The notes: generated by a model not told the origin, from the letters alone. Numbered from the stretch's first letter, positions 11,296 through 21,223 are shown. The stretch is DNA of 64,000 bases from an uncultured Ignavibacteriales bacterium (GCA_963710615.1 CAVQBF010000002.1:180221-244220); one strand, 5' to 3'. Translations and numbers: made by a program.

Positions 11296-12280
11296 TGTCA
11301 CATTTGCATACCCATATTTTTTATATCTGCTGCTTCTTTTGCCTCTAATTGTATTATGGTATTGGAGACATAATAAAAAAAGATCACCGGCAATTACTTA
11401 TTCCAATCTTGAGTTGTTTAACGGACTCAAAAAAACTTTGAGAGAACGGCTAAGGCACTTGCCATTCTTTTTGAGATTGTTTGGACTCAGCTTTTTAATT
11501 GTTGCATTAGCCAGACCACAGTCCTTTTCTTCAGGTGAAAATGTTTATACCGAAGGAATTGATGTTGCCATGCTGCTCGATATTTCAGGAAGTATGCTTG
11601 CTGAAGATTTTAAGCCGAATAGGCTTGAAGCTGCAAAAAATGTTATTGATGAATTTGTGTCAGGTAGAACTACTGATAAAATTGGGCTAGTTGTTTTTGC
11701 AAGTGAAAGTTTTACACAATGCCCATTAACTATTGATTATCCTGTATTGCGCGGTTTATTAAAAGAAATTAAAAGCGGAATTATTGAAGATGGAACCGCA
11801 ATTGGCACAGCTATTGCCAACGGTGTAAATAGATTAAAAGATAGTGAAGCAAAAAGTAAAGTTATAATTTTATTAACCGATGGAGTAAATAACAGCGGCG
11901 AAATTGATCCCATTACTGCAGCGCAAATTGCTAAAAAATTTGGTATTAGAATTTATACGGTTGGTGTAGGGACAATTGGAGAAGCACCTTATCCTTTTCA
12001 AACACCTTTTGGTAAAAGGTATCAAATGGTGCCTGTAGAGATTGATGAGAAAGTATTAAACGAAGTTGCTGAAATTACTGATGGAAAATATTTTAGAGCA
12101 ACCGACAATAAAAAGCTCGAAGAAATATATAATATTATTGATACAATGGAAAAAACAAGAGTTGAAATTACTTCCTACCGTAAAGCAAAAGAGTTGTTTT
12201 ACGGCTGGCTTACCATGGGTTTTTTAATTGTTTTACTCGAGTTAATTTTATCAAGAACTTATTTGAGAAAGTTACCATAG
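11285..12280 (+). CDS. batA: BatA-like membrane-anchored von Willebrand factor A protein
   Basis: N-terminal TM helices, MIDAS motif LLDISGSM, C-terminal TM helix. Overlaps the upstream gene. Confidence 0.88.
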   Translation: MFNNVTFAYPYFLYLLLLLPLIVLWYWRHNKKRSPAITYSNLELFNGLKKTLRERLRHLPFFLRLFGLSFLIVALARPQSFSSGENVYTEGIDVAMLLDISGSMLAEDFKPNRLEAAKNVIDEFVSGRTTDKIGLVVFASESFTQCPLTIDYPVLRGLLKEIKSGIIEDGTAIGTAIANGVNRLKDSEAKSKVIILLTDGVNNSGEIDPITAAQIAKKFGIRIYTVGVGTIGEAPYPFQTPFGKRYQMVPVEIDEKVLNEVAEITDGKYFRATDNKKLEEIYNIIDTMEKTRVEITSYRKAKELFYGWLTMGFLIVLLELILSRTYLRKLP

Positions 12281-12289
12281 TGATAGCAT

Positions 12290-13318
12290 ATGTTTAGATT
12301 TGCACATAGTGAATATCTTTATGCACTTTATTTTATACCGGTAATAATTTTACTGATTTGGTTTTCTATACGAAAACAAAATCAACTACTTGAAAAATTT
12401 GCCGATAAGAAATTACATAAAATTTTATTCCCACTTAGAAGTAGCGTGAAAGTTTTTTTCAAAAACGGACTTATGCTATTATCAATTATTCTTCTAATAT
12501 TTGCTTTAGCTAATCCGCAGATTGGGTCTAAAGTTGAAGAAGTTAAGCAAGTGGGAATTGATGTTTACATTTTACTTGATGTATCTTTAAGTATGAAAGC
12601 TGAAGATATAAAACCTAGCCGATTAGAAAAGGCTAAGCATGAAATCTCCAAATTAATACAAAAATTGCAAGGTGATAGAATCGGATTGATTGTTTTCTCC
12701 GGGAAGGCTTTTATTCAGTTTCCGTTAACAACTGATTATTCAGCAGCAAATTTATTTTTATCAGCTGTAAGTGTAAAATCTGTACCTCAACCGGGCACAG
12801 CAATAGGCCCTGCTGTACAATTGGCAATGAATTCGTTTAAAAAAGATGAAGAAACTCAAAAAGCTATTGTTATTATTACAGATGGTGAAGATCATGAAGG
12901 TGATTTCGAAAATGTGATTGAGGAGGCTAATAATATTGGTGTAAAAATTTATGCAATAGGATTAGGTTCACCTCAAGGCGTACCAATACCTGTTTATAAT
13001 TCTGCGGGAAGACAAATTGGATACAAGAAAGATAGAAATGGAAATGTTGTTTTAACTAAACTTGATGAGTCTACTTTACAGGAAATTACGAACAAAGGTA
13101 ATGGTAAATATTACAGAGGCTCTAACAACGATGATGAATTAGAATTAATTTACGACGATTTAGCCAGTTTAGAAGGTTCTGAATTTGGGGCAACTAAGAT
13201 CACAGAATATGAGGATAGATATTACTACTTTTTAATTCCGGCAATTTTTATACTTTTGATGGAAATATTTATTAAAGAAAGAAAATCTAAATTTTTTAGT
13301 AGGTTTGAAAACAATTAA
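12290..13318 (+). CDS. batB: BatB-like membrane-anchored von Willebrand factor A protein
   Basis: Paralogous architecture to batA with MIDAS motif LLDVSLSM. Confidence 0.88.
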   Translation: MFRFAHSEYLYALYFIPVIILLIWFSIRKQNQLLEKFADKKLHKILFPLRSSVKVFFKNGLMLLSIILLIFALANPQIGSKVEEVKQVGIDVYILLDVSLSMKAEDIKPSRLEKAKHEISKLIQKLQGDRIGLIVFSGKAFIQFPLTTDYSAANLFLSAVSVKSVPQPGTAIGPAVQLAMNSFKKDEETQKAIVIITDGEDHEGDFENVIEEANNIGVKIYAIGLGSPQGVPIPVYNSAGRQIGYKKDRNGNVVLTKLDESTLQEITNKGNGKYYRGSNNDDELELIYDDLASLEGSEFGATKITEYEDRYYYFLIPAIFILLMEIFIKERKSKFFSRFENN

Positions 13319-13330
13319 GTTAATTTTAAT

Positions 13331-14065
13331 ATGAATAATATAATCAAATGCATTATTGCTTTGCTTTTCATTTCGTTAACGGTTATTAATGCTCAATCAA
13401 CCAGGGGCTTGGTGAATGACGGTGTTGATAACTATGAAGAAAATAATTACGCAGAAGCAGAAGTTAATTTTAAGAAAGGTGTTGAATCGGACATGGAAAA
13501 TTTTGAATCCAGATTCAATCTTGGTGATGCAATTTACAAGCAGGGTAGATATGAAGAAGCTTTAGAAGAATTTAAGAATAGTATGTCTTTAGCACAAACA
13601 GAAGAACAGAAGGCTAAAATATTTCACAACTTGGGGAACACATTTCTAAAATCACAAAAACTGCAAGAAAGTATTGGGGCCTATAAAGAAGCACTGAAAA
13701 TTAATCCTAATGATCTTGAAACAAAATATAATTTGTCATATGCATTAAAACAGATGCAGAATCAACAAAACAACCAGCAGAATCAGCAAAACCAGGATCA
13801 GCAGGACCAGAATCAAGATCAAAATCAAGACGAACAGGATCAGAACCAAGATCAAGAAAATAAAGATCAGGAAGAAAAACAAGACCAGCAGCAGCAAAAC
13901 CAAGATCAACAGCAAAATCAGCAGCAGAATCCCGAGCCCAAAGATGAAATCTCAAAGGATGAAGCACAAAGAATTCTTGATGCACTAAAAAATAATGAAG
14001 CTGAGTTACAAAAAAAGATGCGCGAACAAAAAACCAAGAAATCTAATGTTGAAAAAGATTGGTAA
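13331..14065 (+). CDS. batC: BatC-like TPR protein with a Q/N/D-rich low-complexity tract
   Basis: Signal peptide, TPR-like repeats (YKQGRYEEALEEF, GAYKEALKINPND), then a Gln/Asn/Asp tract. Operon position matches batC. Confidence 0.8.
   Translation: MNNIIKCIIALLFISLTVINAQSTRGLVNDGVDNYEENNYAEAEVNFKKGVESDMENFESRFNLGDAIYKQGRYEEALEEFKNSMSLAQTEEQKAKIFHNLGNTFLKSQKLQESIGAYKEALKINPNDLETKYNLSYALKQMQNQQNNQQNQQNQDQQDQNQDQNQDEQDQNQDQENKDQEEKQDQQQQNQDQQQNQQQNPEPKDEISKDEAQRILDALKNNEAELQKKMREQKTKKSNVEKDW
13757..13930 (+). repeat. imperfect CAG/CAA/AAC/GAT codon repeat tract encoding poly-Q/N/D inside batC
   Basis: The direct reading cag aat caa caa aac aac cag cag aat cag ... encodes QNQQNNQQNQQNQDQQDQNQDQNQDEQDQNQDQENKDQEEKQDQQQQNQDQQQNQQQN. 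Confidence 0.9.
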
Positions 14066-14078
14066 TAATTAAATTAGA

Positions 14079-15902
14079 ATGATGAAAACTTTAAAAACGA
14101 TTTTATTAATTTTTCTCTTGTTAGTTACTGTATCTCTCGCTCAGGAGTTTAGCGCTAGTGTTGATAAAACTACTGTAGGTCAAAATGAAAGATTCCAAAT
14201 TTATTTTACGTTTCAAAATGGTGATCTTAATAGATTAAGTGCTTTTACTCCACCTTCATTTAAGGGATTAAAAATATTAAGCGGTCCTAATGAATCTAGA
14301 AATATGCAAATTATTAATGGCCAAGTTTCCGGATCGTTAACATATTCATTCGTAGCGGTTGCACCAAATTTGGGTAAAATTACTATTGAAAGTGCTTCTG
14401 TCTCTTTTGGCGGAACTATTTTAAAGTCAGATCCCATTATTATCAACATCGTTAAAGGAACTGCAACTAATAAACAAGTTGACAGTAAACTAGGTATCAG
14501 CCCAGAAGAACTTAATAAGAATGTATTTATTAGAGCAATACCTAATAAGAATACTATCAAACAAGGTGAGCAGTTAACTGTTACTTACAAACTCTATACT
14601 AAGCTTAATATCTCCTCGCCACAAATTTCTAAATTACCTACGTTCAACGGATTTTGGTCTGAAGATCTTGAAACATCCCAAAATATTCAATTTCAAGTTG
14701 AGATGTATAATGGCGAAAGATATAGAGCTGCAACAATAAAGAAAGTTGCTTTATTTCCAACTAAAAGTGGTGATTTGGAATTAACTCCTTTTGAACTGAG
14801 AGTTCCAGTTATTGTAAAATCGAAAAGAAGTAGAAATGATATCTTCGATGATTTTTTTAATGACTCTTTTTTTGGAAGAACCGAAACGATAGAACATTTA
14901 ACTAAATCGAATAGAGTTGTTATTAAGGTTAATCCTCTTCCTAGATCTAATGTACCAGAATCATTTACTGGTGCAGTTGGTAAATTCGATTTTGATATAA
15001 ATTTTGACAAAGAAGAAGTAGATCTAAATGAAGCCATTACGGTAAAAGCTAGAATCTCTGGTTCAGGCAATATTGCACTGCTTAAACTTCCTGACATTAT
15101 TTTCCCAACCGGATTTGAGAAGTATGAGCCAAAAACAAGTGATAGAATTAGCAGAAAAAATATTATTTCCGGACGGAAAGATATTGAATTTATTATTGTT
15201 CCAAGAATTCCTGGCACAAAAGAAATAGCGCCTATTGAGTTTACCTACTTTGATCTAAATAAAAATGATTATGTTACGCTTTCTTCAAAATCTTTTACTC
15301 TCAATGTTAAAGAGGGTGAAGGGAATTATGCTCAGAATGTTTCCGGTTATACTAAGGAAGATATTAAACTTTTAAATGAAGATATAAGATATATAAACAC
15401 TTCCGACTTTGATTTTATTAAACGAGAAGAGATTGCAAATGTAAGCATCATTTTTATTTTTGGACTTATTTTTCCCCTTGGCGGATTACTCGGTTTACTT
15501 GTTTTTAGAAAACGACAAGATAAATTAGCCGGCAATCTTTCTCTTTTACGATATCAGAAAGCTGTTAAAAATGCTAAGCAGCATTTAAAACGAGCAACTA
15601 AATCTATTGAAGCAAATAATATAAGTGAATATTACAATAGTCTTTCTCAAGCTCTTTTTGGTTATTTAGGCGATAAGCTAGCAATCCAAAACGCTGATTT
15701 TACCCTAGATAGGGCAATCGACAAACTAAATGAAAATCATGTTAATCCGGAATTAACTGAAAGGATTAAAAGGATTTCTGAAAAATGTGAATTTGCAAGA
15801 TTTGCACCTAATGCAGTTGGAAAAGATAGCAGCGGTGAAATATTTAAAAGTGTTGAATCAATTATTGAAGAAGTTGAATCTTCAGTTCAATTAAAAAAAT
15901 AA
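14079..15902 (+). CDS. batD: BatD-like oxygen-tolerance family protein
   Basis: 607-aa ORF with a signal peptide, a large extracytoplasmic region, one late TM helix (VSIIFIFGLIFPLGGLLGLLVF) and a cytoplasmic tail. Operon position matches batD. Confidence 0.8.
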   Translation: MMKTLKTILLIFLLLVTVSLAQEFSASVDKTTVGQNERFQIYFTFQNGDLNRLSAFTPPSFKGLKILSGPNESRNMQIINGQVSGSLTYSFVAVAPNLGKITIESASVSFGGTILKSDPIIINIVKGTATNKQVDSKLGISPEELNKNVFIRAIPNKNTIKQGEQLTVTYKLYTKLNISSPQISKLPTFNGFWSEDLETSQNIQFQVEMYNGERYRAATIKKVALFPTKSGDLELTPFELRVPVIVKSKRSRNDIFDDFFNDSFFGRTETIEHLTKSNRVVIKVNPLPRSNVPESFTGAVGKFDFDINFDKEEVDLNEAITVKARISGSGNIALLKLPDIIFPTGFEKYEPKTSDRISRKNIISGRKDIEFIIVPRIPGTKEIAPIEFTYFDLNKNDYVTLSSKSFTLNVKEGEGNYAQNVSGYTKEDIKLLNEDIRYINTSDFDFIKREEIANVSIIFIFGLIFPLGGLLGLLVFRKRQDKLAGNLSLLRYQKAVKNAKQHLKRATKSIEANNISEYYNSLSQALFGYLGDKLAIQNADFTLDRAIDKLNENHVNPELTERIKRISEKCEFARFAPNAVGKDSSGEIFKSVESIIEEVESSVQLKK

Positions 15903-15905
15903 ATT

Positions 15906-16670
15906 ATGATGATTAAACTTAAATATTTGACATTACTGATCGTGTTATTTGGCAATTTTGTAATAAATGCACAAGACTTAGAAACATTGATGAAAACAGG
16001 GAATGATTTTTATCAAAATAAGCAGTATCAAGAAGCCATAGAAAATTATGAGTCAATTTTACAGCAGGGATATGTAAGTGGCGATCTTTATTATAATTTA
16101 GGCAATTCTTATTTCAGAATTGGCGCAATAGGTAATGCAATTTTATTTTACGAAAGAGCATTAAAGATTTCGCCTAGCCATGAAGATGCAGCATATAATT
16201 TAAGAATTGCAAATGCGCGAACAGTTGATAAAATTCAAGAAATCCCACCTCTATTCTTTATCAAATGGTGGAACATTTTACTTTCTACATTTACTTCCAC
16301 TGGTTGGCAGACAATAATTTTTATTTTTTATATACTTCTACTTACATGTATTGCAGTTTATTTTCTGGTCAGAAATTTACAGACTCAAAAGTTTGCCTTT
16401 ATTTTTGGTTCACTAAATATAGTTGCCTTGCTAATTGCTTTAATTTTGTTTTTCTCAAGTTTAGAGAGGGAATCTTCAAACGATTATGGAATACTTCTCA
16501 AATCGGTAGCTACTGCTAAAATATCTCCTGATGCACAAAGTAATGATGCATTTGTGATACATGAAGGAATAAAATTCCGCATAGAAGATCAAGTAAAAAA
16601 TTGGGTTAAAATAAAATTAGCAGACGGCAAAGTAGGCTGGCTGACAGAAAACTCGTTTGATTTAATTTAA
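15906..16670 (+). CDS. batE: BatE-like TPR / SH3-type domain membrane protein
   Basis: 254-aa ORF with a signal peptide, TPR repeats, two TM helices and a C-terminal SH3-like end (WVKIKLADGKVGWL). Last gene of the operon. Confidence 0.8.
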   Translation: MMIKLKYLTLLIVLFGNFVINAQDLETLMKTGNDFYQNKQYQEAIENYESILQQGYVSGDLYYNLGNSYFRIGAIGNAILFYERALKISPSHEDAAYNLRIANARTVDKIQEIPPLFFIKWWNILLSTFTSTGWQTIIFIFYILLLTCIAVYFLVRNLQTQKFAFIFGSLNIVALLIALILFFSSLERESSNDYGILLKSVATAKISPDAQSNDAFVIHEGIKFRIEDQVKNWVKIKLADGKVGWLTENSFDLI

Positions 16671-16936
16671 TCTTTACTTATATAATCGAAATAATTTTAA
16701 GATTCGTTCTTGATTTCCTCATTATTCTTATCTCTTAATATAATATCAGATTATCTTTCGTTCTTGAAAATTAATAATTTTTACAAGTTATTTGGAAAAA
16801 GTTATTTAATTTTAACTCTATATGTCTAGAATGAATTGTGTAAGTGTTAATTTTTTGTTACTAGGTAGCTAGTTCTATTTGGTCTAATACATAGTTATAC
16901 ACCTAGTTTTATTATTTTCTAAAATGGATTGTTAAA

Positions 16937-17686
16937 ATGAAGAGTAAGAATTCATGGTATGAACAAGATAAGTTTTGGGAATTTTTCGGACCGTTTTTAT
17001 TTGATGAAGAACACCAATCGAGTGCGAAAGAGGAAGTCGAAAATGTGCTAAAACTATTGAAGATGGAACAGAATGATCGAATTTTAGACCTCTGTTGTGG
17101 AGTAGGCCGGCACAGTTTAGAATTATCACATAAGGGATTTGAAGTCGTTGGGATTGATCGCACTTCTGACTTTATAAAAAAAGCAAAACAAAAGGCTAAA
17201 CAAAAAAATCTTAATATAAAATATGTTATTAGCGATATGCGAAAATATTGCCAACCAGATAGTTTCAATGTTGTCATAAACATGTTTGGTTCATTTGGAT
17301 ATTTTGATAATACCGCCGATGACCATAATGTGATAAAAAACATGCATACCTCACTTCGCGCCGGCGGTAGAATTCTTATTGAAACAATGGGTAAAGAGAT
17401 ATTAGCAAAAGACTTTCAAGAAAAGGATTGGCATGAAGAAGGCGATACATTAATATTGGCAGAGAGAAAACCTATTCAAAATTGGGGTCGTATGCAAACG
17501 CGATGGATAGTAATAAAAGACAATAAGAGAGTTGAGCATACAGTATCAATTCGCTCCTATTCTGCCTTTGAACTGTCATCACTATTGTCTGAAGTTGGTT
17601 TTTCAAAAGTTGAGGTTTATGGAGATCTTAAAGGCATTGCATATGATCAGCATGCTAAGAGGTTAGTTGTAATCGGTTATAAATAA
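16937..17686 (+). CDS. class I SAM-dependent methyltransferase
   Basis: 249-aa ORF with motif I ILDLCCGVGRHS and post-I acidic residue (GIDRT). Confidence 0.85.
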   Translation: MKSKNSWYEQDKFWEFFGPFLFDEEHQSSAKEEVENVLKLLKMEQNDRILDLCCGVGRHSLELSHKGFEVVGIDRTSDFIKKAKQKAKQKNLNIKYVISDMRKYCQPDSFNVVINMFGSFGYFDNTADDHNVIKNMHTSLRAGGRILIETMGKEILAKDFQEKDWHEEGDTLILAERKPIQNWGRMQTRWIVIKDNKRVEHTVSIRSYSAFELSSLLSEVGFSKVEVYGDLKGIAYDQHAKRLVVIGYK

Positions 17687-17859
17687 GTATAGACTGCGTA
17701 TAACTCCTTAAATAAGTAAAAAGTCAAGTAGATATAGAAATTTGGCAAAAAATAAATTGTTAAAAATTCTAAACAAAAGGCGCATAAATTTGATAAATTG
17801 TATTAAACAGTAAAAAATAATTAGTAAAAATCAACAATCTATAAAAAAGGAGTTAAAAA

Positions 17860-18186
17860 ATGGCAGAAGAAAAAGGATTAAAGAAACCAGTAAAGTTAAA
17901 AAGTGAACTAGCCTCATTTTTGGGAGCAAAAGAACTTCCAAGAACCGAGATTACTAAAAAACTTTGGGACTATATAAAAGCGAATAAGCTTCAAACAAAA
18001 ACTGAAAATGGAAAGCCGGAAAATGCAGGCAAATATATTGTAGCCGATGCAAAATTGCTTCCTATTTTCAAAAATACAAAATCGAAAAGTAAATCTGGTA
18101 AGCTTACTGATCTTACAAATATGAAAGAAGGTCAGACAATCAACATGATGCAGATGGCTGCTGTTGTTGGCGCTAACATAGAGTAA
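17860..18186 (+). CDS. stand-alone SWIB/MDM2-domain protein
   Basis: 108-aa ORF. ELASFLGAKELPRTEITKKLWDYIKANKLQ matches the SWIB core. AAGGAG RBS upstream. Confidence 0.8.
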   Translation: MAEEKGLKKPVKLKSELASFLGAKELPRTEITKKLWDYIKANKLQTKTENGKPENAGKYIVADAKLLPIFKNTKSKSKSGKLTDLTNMKEGQTINMMQMAAVVGANIE

Positions 18187-18610
18187 GATTAATGTACTTA
18201 GACTCATTTAGAGTTTTGTGCGAAACTATCTACTACATTTAGTAATCATTGTAGGTTTGTTTATTTGGTGAAAGCCCGCAAAGTAAGATTGTGGGCTATT
18301 TGCTATAAGTATTATATAATGCGAGGTTCAGATTTATACTTCTATTTGTAGTATATCACTCCCAATAATAAAAGTAATGTCAACAAATTGTGCCTCAATA
18401 GTTCCACCAGAAGAAGATAATAATAATTTATTTTCACTAGTTGGTATATCCACCTTTCAACTAGATTTATTTCCCGAGCATTTCTACATAAAATTTCTAT
18501 TTAATACACTCTCAGATAATTATTATAAAGTGAGAAATAGGGAAAGGTAACTTGAATTTGTATTTTTTCTCTAAGGGAATCATACTACAAATCTAAATTT
18601 GGAGGGAATT

Positions 18611-18985
18611 ATGACGTTAGTAATTATTTTATTTGGGGCACTAACATTTCTGGCTGGAATAATTATTCTTTTAAAGCCTGAAATTATATTTGGCTATTTA
18701 TACAAAAATATTGAGAAACCTATTTTACATATTTTTGCTATAGTTATTAGAATTGTTCTAGGGTTATTTATGATATTGGAATCAAATGTATCTAAATTTC
18801 CGCAAATAATTGAATTGATCGGTTGGATTTCTATAATTGCAGCAATACTACTTGGGATAATTGGAAGACGATATTTTGTTTCTCTTATGAACTGGGCTTT
18901 ATCTTTATCAGAGCCTTTTGCAAGAATTGGTGGAATATTTGCCATGGGATTTGGAGCATTTTTGGTTTATGCTTTTATTGGCTAA
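18611..18985 (+). CDS. small integral membrane protein, unknown function
   Basis: The ATG at 18611 is preceded by GGAGGG, and the track TTG at 18599 is less likely. Four hydrophobic segments. Confidence 0.6.
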   Translation: MTLVIILFGALTFLAGIIILLKPEIIFGYLYKNIEKPILHIFAIVIRIVLGLFMILESNVSKFPQIIELIGWISIIAAILLGIIGRRYFVSLMNWALSLSEPFARIGGIFAMGFGAFLVYAFIG

Positions 18986-19151
18986 AATAATAGCTGTAAT
19001 TCAGTAATTTCATATCATATAGAACATACGAATGTTGCACAAAATAATAATAAATTATATACGATATTTTTGTCTTGAAAATATCAAGGTTTCTGCTATT
19101 ATTACTGAGTAATTTTTATTTAATTATATCAAAAATCAAACTGGTTGCAGA

Positions 19152-19799
19152 ATGAAAAAATTTATCTTTTTATTATTATTGGTACCAATTCTGATATTGG
19201 ATTTTGGTTGTAACAATAATTCTACTGAGCCTAATGATAATGATACTACAACTGTTATTGCAAGAAAACCAAATCTTTATATCTATCCAGAAGAAAAAAC
19301 ATCATTATCAATTGAACTTGATTTTCCAAAAGGAGGTAGAATTATTGAAAGTATTCCGGAGTACAATAATCTGTGGGAAATAACAGTTGAGCCCAGTGGT
19401 AAAATAAATAATAGCTTTGATTATTTATTTTACGAATGTGAAATTCCAAATCTTACTCAAACGGAAGTTGGGTGGCTGATTGAAAAAAGAAATCTAGAAG
19501 ACTTTTTTGTGAATAACTTATCAAATTCCGGATTTAATCAAAGAGAGATAAGCGATTTTAATGAGTATTGGATACCTTTACTTTCTAATTATGATTACTA
19601 TGCTATTTATCCGCAGTATAAAAGTGATCTTGACAAAATTGTTACAATTTACTTTTCTGAAGAGCCGAATAACTTTTTTCGTCTATTCTACTTAATAATT
19701 GGAAAGGATGATAATAATTTAGAAATTGAAAAACCGGTCTTGAAATCAGCTGTAAGAGAAAACTATTTTGCGGTAGAGTGGGGAGTAATTTTAAAATAA
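19152..19799 (+). CDS. lipoprotein of unknown function
   Basis: 215-aa ORF with a signal peptide ending in the lipobox-like LDFGC. Confidence 0.6.
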   Translation: MKKFIFLLLLVPILILDFGCNNNSTEPNDNDTTTVIARKPNLYIYPEEKTSLSIELDFPKGGRIIESIPEYNNLWEITVEPSGKINNSFDYLFYECEIPNLTQTEVGWLIEKRNLEDFFVNNLSNSGFNQREISDFNEYWIPLLSNYDYYAIYPQYKSDLDKIVTIYFSEEPNNFFRLFYLIIGKDDNNLEIEKPVLKSAVRENYFAVEWGVILK

Positions 19800-19800
19800 A

Positions 19801-19825
19801 AAAGCTATCCGAAGATAGCTTTTTC
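19801..19825. terminator. bidirectional intrinsic terminator between convergent genes
   Basis: AAGCTATC cgaa GATAGCTT is flanked by an A-run on the left and a T-run on the right. Confidence 0.8.
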
Positions 19826-19848
19826 AAATTGATAATATCAGTCAAATT

Positions 19849-20403
19849 TTAAACTTCCATTATTTCATCTTCTTTGTGCTTAATTATTTCATCAATTTTA
19901 TTAATATGATCATCGGTGTATTTTTGAACTTCAGCTTCGGCATCGTGTCGTAAGTCTTCAGTTAATTCTTTTTCTTTTTCAGCTTTTCGTAGATGATCAT
20001 TTGCATCTCTTCTGACATTCCTAATTGCAATTTTTGCATCTTCTCCAAATTTCTTTACAAGTTTCATTAGATCTCTTCGTCTCTCTTCATTAAGCGGAGG
20101 AATTGGAACTTTAATATTAGTACCGTCATTTACAGGATTCAATCCGAGATCTGCTATCAATATTGCTTTGTCTATAGTGCCAACCATATTTTTATCCCAT
20201 GGCGTAATAGAGAGAGTATGAGCATCCAAAACACTAACATTAGCAGTTTGGTTTAACGGTGTTAGTGTTCCATAATAATCCACTTTAATTCCGTCAAGTA
20301 AAGCCGTAGTTGCTTTTCCAGTTCTAATTTTGGAAATTTCATGCCGGAATGCCTCAATGGATTTATCCATTCTTAACTTTGCATCTTTAATTATTTCATT
20401 CAT
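19849..20403 (-). CDS. frr: ribosome recycling factor
   Basis: 184-aa ORF with full-length Frr similarity. Context pyrH-frr. Confidence 0.95.
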   Translation of the reverse strand: MNEIIKDAKLRMDKSIEAFRHEISKIRTGKATTALLDGIKVDYYGTLTPLNQTANVSVLDAHTLSITPWDKNMVGTIDKAILIADLGLNPVNDGTNIKVPIPPLNEERRRDLMKLVKKFGEDAKIAIRNVRRDANDHLRKAEKEKELTEDLRHDAEAEVQKYTDDHINKIDEIIKHKEDEIMEV

Positions 20404-20434
20404 GGAAAACCTCCAGTGATTGTTAATCTAAAAT

Positions 20435-21163
20435 TTATACTTCATGTTTATTTACTTCTGTTCCTATATTTTCACCGGTTGCAATCTTTAAAAGATTATT
20501 TTCCCTATTCATATTGAATACAATAATAGGTAATTCATTTTCCTGACACAAACTAATTGCTGTCATATCCATAACTCTTAAGTTTTTGTTCATTACGTCT
20601 AAGTATGATATTTCTTTAAACATTTCAGCGTTAGGATTTTTTTCTGGATCAGAATCATACACTCCATCAACTCTGGTTCCTTTTAAGATAACATCTGCTT
20701 CAATTTCAACAGCCCTTAAAGAAGCTGCTGTATCTGTACTAAAATAAGGATGTCCAGTTCCGGCTCCAAATATAACAATTCTTCCTTTTTCTAAATGTCT
20801 AATAGCCCTTCTTCTTATGTACGGTTCAGCCATTTCATCCATTCTAATTGAAGTCATTAACCGAGTGAACATATTACTCTCTTCAAATGCATTCTGAAGA
20901 GCTAATGCATTAATTACAGTGGCAAGCATTCCCATTTGATCGCCGGTCACTCGATCAATGCCTTGCTTTCCTGCATTTAATCCGCGGTAAATATTTCCTC
21001 CGCCTATAACTATTCCAACTTGAACACCAAGTTCATGAATCTTTTTAACTTCTTTAGCAAAGAATATAAGCATGTTAGGATCAATACCGTATCCAAGCTC
21101 ACCCATTAAAGATTCACCGCTAAGTTTAAGTAATATTCGTTTGTATTTTATATTGTTATTCAT
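20435..21163 (-). CDS. pyrH: UMP kinase
   Basis: 242-aa ORF with LLKLSGESL and GGGNIYRG motifs. Confidence 0.95.
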   Translation of the reverse strand: MNNNIKYKRILLKLSGESLMGELGYGIDPNMLIFFAKEVKKIHELGVQVGIVIGGGNIYRGLNAGKQGIDRVTGDQMGMLATVINALALQNAFEESNMFTRLMTSIRMDEMAEPYIRRRAIRHLEKGRIVIFGAGTGHPYFSTDTAASLRAVEIEADVILKGTRVDGVYDSDPEKNPNAEMFKEISYLDVMNKNLRVMDMTAISLCQENELPIIVFNMNRENNLLKIATGENIGTEVNKHEV

Positions 21164-21181
21164 AGATAATTTCCTAAATAT

Positions 21182-21214
21182 AAAAAAAAAGGTCTTATTA
21201 AAAAATAAGACCTT
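21182..21214 (-). terminator. intrinsic terminator after tsf
   Basis: 11-bp stem AAGGTCTTATT / AATAAGACCTT, followed on the minus strand by a T9 run. Confidence 0.85.
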
Positions 21215-21223
21215 AGTAATTAA

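Noticed and set aside
13707-13985. 92-aa minus-strand ORF.
   Set aside because: It is the antisense reading of the batC Q/N/D codon-repeat tract, which is open only because the repeat lacks stop codons on the opposite strand.
16912-17343. Minus-strand ORFs 16912-17343 and 16932-17129.
   Set aside because: They are antisense to the methyltransferase gene, which has clear SAM-binding motifs.
17860-18186. SWIB gene as eukaryotic contamination or a recent eukaryote-derived insertion.
   Set aside because: Its base composition, SD-type RBS and flanking bacterial genes look native, and bacterial stand-alone SWIB proteins are known.
18340-18420. Short hydrophobic minus-strand reading frame (about 21 codons, ...LLTLLLLLGVIYYK) in the long intergenic gap.
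   Set aside because: It has no ATG start and no RBS. It is too short and compositionally trivial to support.
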